DNA of 63,520 nucleotides, filler included, from Methanobacteriota archaeon (GTDB taxonomy: Archaea; JACRDV01): the NCBI GenBank assembly GCA_024860865.1. It is 6 parts of 6 records of this genome, joined end to end, with 100 filler letters (N's around TTAATTAATTAA, not from the genome) between each part and the next. Parts side by side here need not be neighbours in the genome. Positions count along the whole stretch, not along the records: positions 60,576 to 63,520 come from JACRDV010000086.1; 5 more parts are not named here. One strand, given 5' to 3'. Numbering within the stretch: the stretch's first letter is position 1; every line of letters starts with the position of its first letter. Under the pieces are notes generated by a model. It did no database searches. It saw only the letters and a list, made by a program, of their open reading frames with translations, and was not told where the DNA came from. Shown one piece after another: positions 61,283-63,520 of the stretch. A program made the translations under genes and the position numbers.

Positions 61283-61415
61283 TTTCTTCCTCTAACAATT
61301 TTTTCGCCGCATATTCCAAAAAGTGGCTTTTGTTACGGAATTTGCCAGAAGAAAGAACCCTAACTATTTCGTACACTAATTCTTCATCTAAAGTTACACT
61401 TAATTTATGCTTCAT
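61266..61415 (-). CDS. Ribbon-helix-helix DNA-binding protein (49 aa), missing from the ORF track
   Basis: MKHKLSVTLDEELVYEIVRVLSSGKFRNKSHFLEYAAKKLLEEENGFRT. Confidence 0.75.
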   Translation of the reverse strand: MKHKLSVTLDEELVYEIVRVLSSGKFRNKSHFLEYAAKKLLEEENGFRT

Positions 61416-61516
61416 TTTTTGTATGTAAGTACTATTTAGTAGTATATCATACTGCCATATATAAATTTTTCTATTTTAATTACTTTAGAATAGTTACATA
61501 TTCTATAGAAATTTTA

Positions 61517-62806
61517 CTATTGGAAGTATCTTGAAAAAGTGTTATGGGCTATTATGTCATTTGCGATGAAGTTGTGTGTATTTTCTATTTCCAAATCATA
61601 AACTTGTTGTGGCTCATGAACTTTAATGGAAACTATTTTTGCCCATTTTATACAAGAGCTAGAAGGTAAAAGCTGGAAGCTGGAAGCCCCTTCTAGCTCT
61701 CCACCTTCTACTCCACTTTTACCTTTTACCTTCCAGCTTTCGCCTATATTACACCTTTCATAATCAGGAATTGCAATTTCATCACCAACTTTGAGTTCTG
61801 AAACCTTGAGCCATTTTGCATTAATAAGTGATTGATTTTCAATAAATTTAAATACTTCATTATCGTTATTTATTCCATGAGAATCGAAATTAATGATTAT
61901 GTCGTTGTTGACTCCAATATTTGCCATGGACAACCTACTTTCAAAGGCACAAGAATCATGATTTCTATAGTTCTGGAAATGCTCGAAGATAGAGCCACTA
62001 CTAAAGAGATTATTGAAGCTTATCCCTCCTTGACTAAAAAGCATATCAAAGCAGCTTTGAAGTTTGCTGCCCAAATCACAGAAAGAAGTTTCGAACTTGT
62101 CCCTGCTTAAAATGAAGTTCTTATTTGATGAAAATGTACATAAAGGATTATTTTCTTTCTTATCTAAATTAAGACATGATGTTAAATTATCTCCTAAGGG
62201 TATTGAGAATGGAGAAGTATTTGAGCTAACTTTATCAGAGCAAAGATTACTAATTACACGCGATAAACACTTTACTGAAGAGCAGTTTACTTCTTCTAAG
62301 CATTTTGGAATCTGGCTATTCAGAATCCGTGCAAAAGATTTAGAAGCACAGAAACGTGCAATCTCCAAATTACTAAAGCAACACTCCCCTGAAGAATTTG
62401 AGGGTAAAGTTATTAAACTTGTTCCTGACGATTTTGAATTTTTGTAATTTTTAACCAAATAAGGATGGTTGCCTGTGGTATTAATTGCTCTGTACGGTTC
62501 TGTAGTTAATTCAAATATGGTTTTATTTTCCATATTCAACAAAGCATTTACTTTATTAGAAACAAGCTTTCCAGTTTTTTCATTTAAGCTTAAAACAAAA
62601 TCATCTGGCTTAACATCCTTGATTTTCTTTTTTGTTGTTACGTAATCAACTACACCACAGTCTAAGCTTGGGCATAGCTGCCTGAATTCATTTATAGGAA
62701 TTATTAAATAATTTGAATTTTTCCAGCTTCTAACTTTATTATTAGGATTATACTTTGACGCTGGGGGTGGGAAATTCATCTCATTGCTGAGAGAATTTGA
62801 ACCCAC
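61517..62806 (-). CDS. Intein-like Hint-domain ORF with an antisense gene cassette inserted in frame; true start unknown, block A not recognisable
   Basis: N-half IKDVKPDDFVLSLNEKTGKL...INTTGNHPYL; C-half KWLKVSELKVGDEI...KIVSIK...VYDLEIENTHNFIANDIIAHN|T; one uninterrupted frame. Confidence 0.8.
   Translation of the reverse strand: MGSNSLSNEMNFPPPASKYNPNNKVRSWKNSNYLIIPINEFRQLCPSLDCGVVDYVTTKKKIKDVKPDDFVLSLNEKTGKLVSNKVNALLNMENKTIFELTTEPYRAINTTGNHPYLVKNYKNSKSSGTSLITLPSNSSGECCFSNLEIARFCASKSFARILNSQIPKCLEEVNCSSVKCLSRVISNLCSDKVSSNTSPFSIPLGDNLTSCLNLDKKENNPLCTFSSNKNFILSRDKFETSFCDLGSKLQSCFDMLFSQGGISFNNLFSSGSIFEHFQNYRNHDSCAFESRLSMANIGVNNDIIINFDSHGINNDNEVFKFIENQSLINAKWLKVSELKVGDEIAIPDYERCNIGESWKVKGKSGVEGGELEGASSFQLLPSSSCIKWAKIVSIKVHEPQQVYDLEIENTHNFIANDIIAHNTFSRYFQ
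61657..61745. repeat. Degenerate 7-bp repeats in two inverted arms
   Basis: AGCTAGA-AGGTAAA-AGCTGGA-AGCTGGA versus TCTAGCT...TTTACCT-TTTACCT-TCCAGCT-TTCGCCT. Confidence 0.7.
61841..61854 (+). promoter_or_regulatory. Putative archaeal BRE/TATA promoter of the DUF433-DUF5615 operon
   Basis: AATAAA-TTTAAATA ending about 23 nt before ATG 61877, the spacing of a leaderless transcript. Confidence 0.6.
61877..62110 (+). CDS. DUF433 antitoxin (VapB45-like)
   Basis: VDSNICHGQPTFKGTRI, EIIEAYPSLTKKHIKAALKFA. Confidence 0.92.
   Translation: MRIEINDYVVVDSNICHGQPTFKGTRIMISIVLEMLEDRATTKEIIEAYPSLTKKHIKAALKFAAQITERSFELVPA
62112..62447 (+). CDS. DUF5615 PIN-like toxin (VapC45 / Mut7-C type)
   Basis: MKFLFDENV, HDV, RLLITRDKHF, HFGIWLFRI; starts 1 nt after the DUF433 stop. 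Confidence 0.88.
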   Translation: MKFLFDENVHKGLFSFLSKLRHDVKLSPKGIENGEVFELTLSEQRLLITRDKHFTEEQFTSSKHFGIWLFRIRAKDLEAQKRAISKLLKQHSPEEFEGKVIKLVPDDFEFL

Positions 62807-62867
62807 GTACCCGCGAAGGGTACCAGATCTTAAGTCTGGCGCAATAGCCGAACTCTGCCACCCCAGC
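62759..62867 (-). tRNA. tRNA-Leu(UAA) with a 23-nt intron at position 59/60 (62773-62795)
   Basis: Acceptor stem GCTGGGG/CCCCAGC, anticodon arm CCAGA-CTTAAGA-TCTGG, long variable arm, T stem GTGGG/CCCAC with an intron forming a bulge-helix-bulge. Confidence 0.9.
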
Positions 62868-62890
62868 TTTGTCTCTTTATTTTCAACCTA

Positions 62891-63520
62891 CTTTGTTGCA
62901 TAATTATTTCAGTTTTCACCGTCTGAGCAAAATTCTCTTGACGCATGAGAATTTACCTTCAGTCGCCCATCTCTTGTCATGTGCCCCGTCGGCACATGCT
63001 TTTCTGATTTGCACGCCTTGATTGGCAAGACCGTTTATATGCCTTTCAAAAATATCTGGCTCGCTATCACCTTTTTCAAATACCTCGATATCCAAAATTT
63101 TCTTTTTCTCCACATCCACTGTAATTACTGCCTTTATCCATCCTCTCCTGACTTGCCATTTCTGCCTCATCCACTCTCACCTATTGCTAACCTTAATGCC
63201 AGAGCCATCATTGCCTACAAAGATGGGCTTATCAAAATCAATGTCTGGAAGGTTAAGCTCTAAATCGTTAACTCTCCTGCATATGTTGCTGTAATTAAGG
63301 CTGCAGCTTTGACTCAAATTCGATAAAAGAATTTGTGTACTGATAGGGCTTTCCAACTTTATTTTTGTTCATCTCCTTAAGCTCTTGCGGTATGCTCTCA
63401 AGAAAAGAAAAGTCAAAAAACCATTCTCCTCTTTTAATGAGCCTGGAGTTGTATTCAACCCAATTTCTCTTATCTTTGAATTGTTTGCCCCATCTTTCTG
63501 GTTTCGGCATAAAATCACCT
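62891..63520 (-). mobile_element. IS5-family (IS903-like group) element, transposase pseudogene
   Basis: RNWVEYNSRLIKRGE, DGSGIKV, RRGWIK, ADGAHD joined directly to RWATEGKFS (deletion), frameshifts; terminal CTTTGTTGCATAA resembles IS903-type ends. Confidence 0.8.

Noticed and set aside
62759-62806. Hint ORF translated from a GTG inside the tRNA
   Set aside because: The GTG is the T-stem of the tRNA, so the overlap is most simply an ORF-caller artefact.

Overview
AT-rich archaeal draft-genome window. It consists of six contigs joined by artificial N/TTAATTAATTAA/N spacers (13532-13631, 28520-28619, 53048-53147, 55814-55913, 60476-60575), so gene neighbourhoods across spacers are not real. 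Most of it is housekeeping: methanofuran biosynthesis (mfnF, mfnE), EF-1beta, argF, pyrE, carS, tetraether synthase tes, fen, pcm, pdxST, the TFS-RPA-PCNA-priL-priS-GINS-L44e-S27e-eIF2alpha-nop10-PAC2 cluster, EndoQ with a 368-aa intein, geranylgeranyl reductase, a W/Mo-cofactor and AOR cluster, alanine dehydrogenase, tatAC and a polyprenyl synthase. Accessory stretches hold decayed toxin-antitoxin and ATPase genes, a CWB2 surface protein, an AglB-like protein and a papain-like peptidase island. The standout is on the last contig. A stop-free minus-strand intein/Hint reading frame carries about 210 extra codons, and the opposite strand of those codons encodes a complete DUF433-DUF5615(PIN) toxin-antitoxin operon with its own TATA box. 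It sits next to a tRNA(UAA) with a non-canonical 59/60 BHB intron and an IS5-family remnant. All family calls come from motif recognition; no database searches were run.
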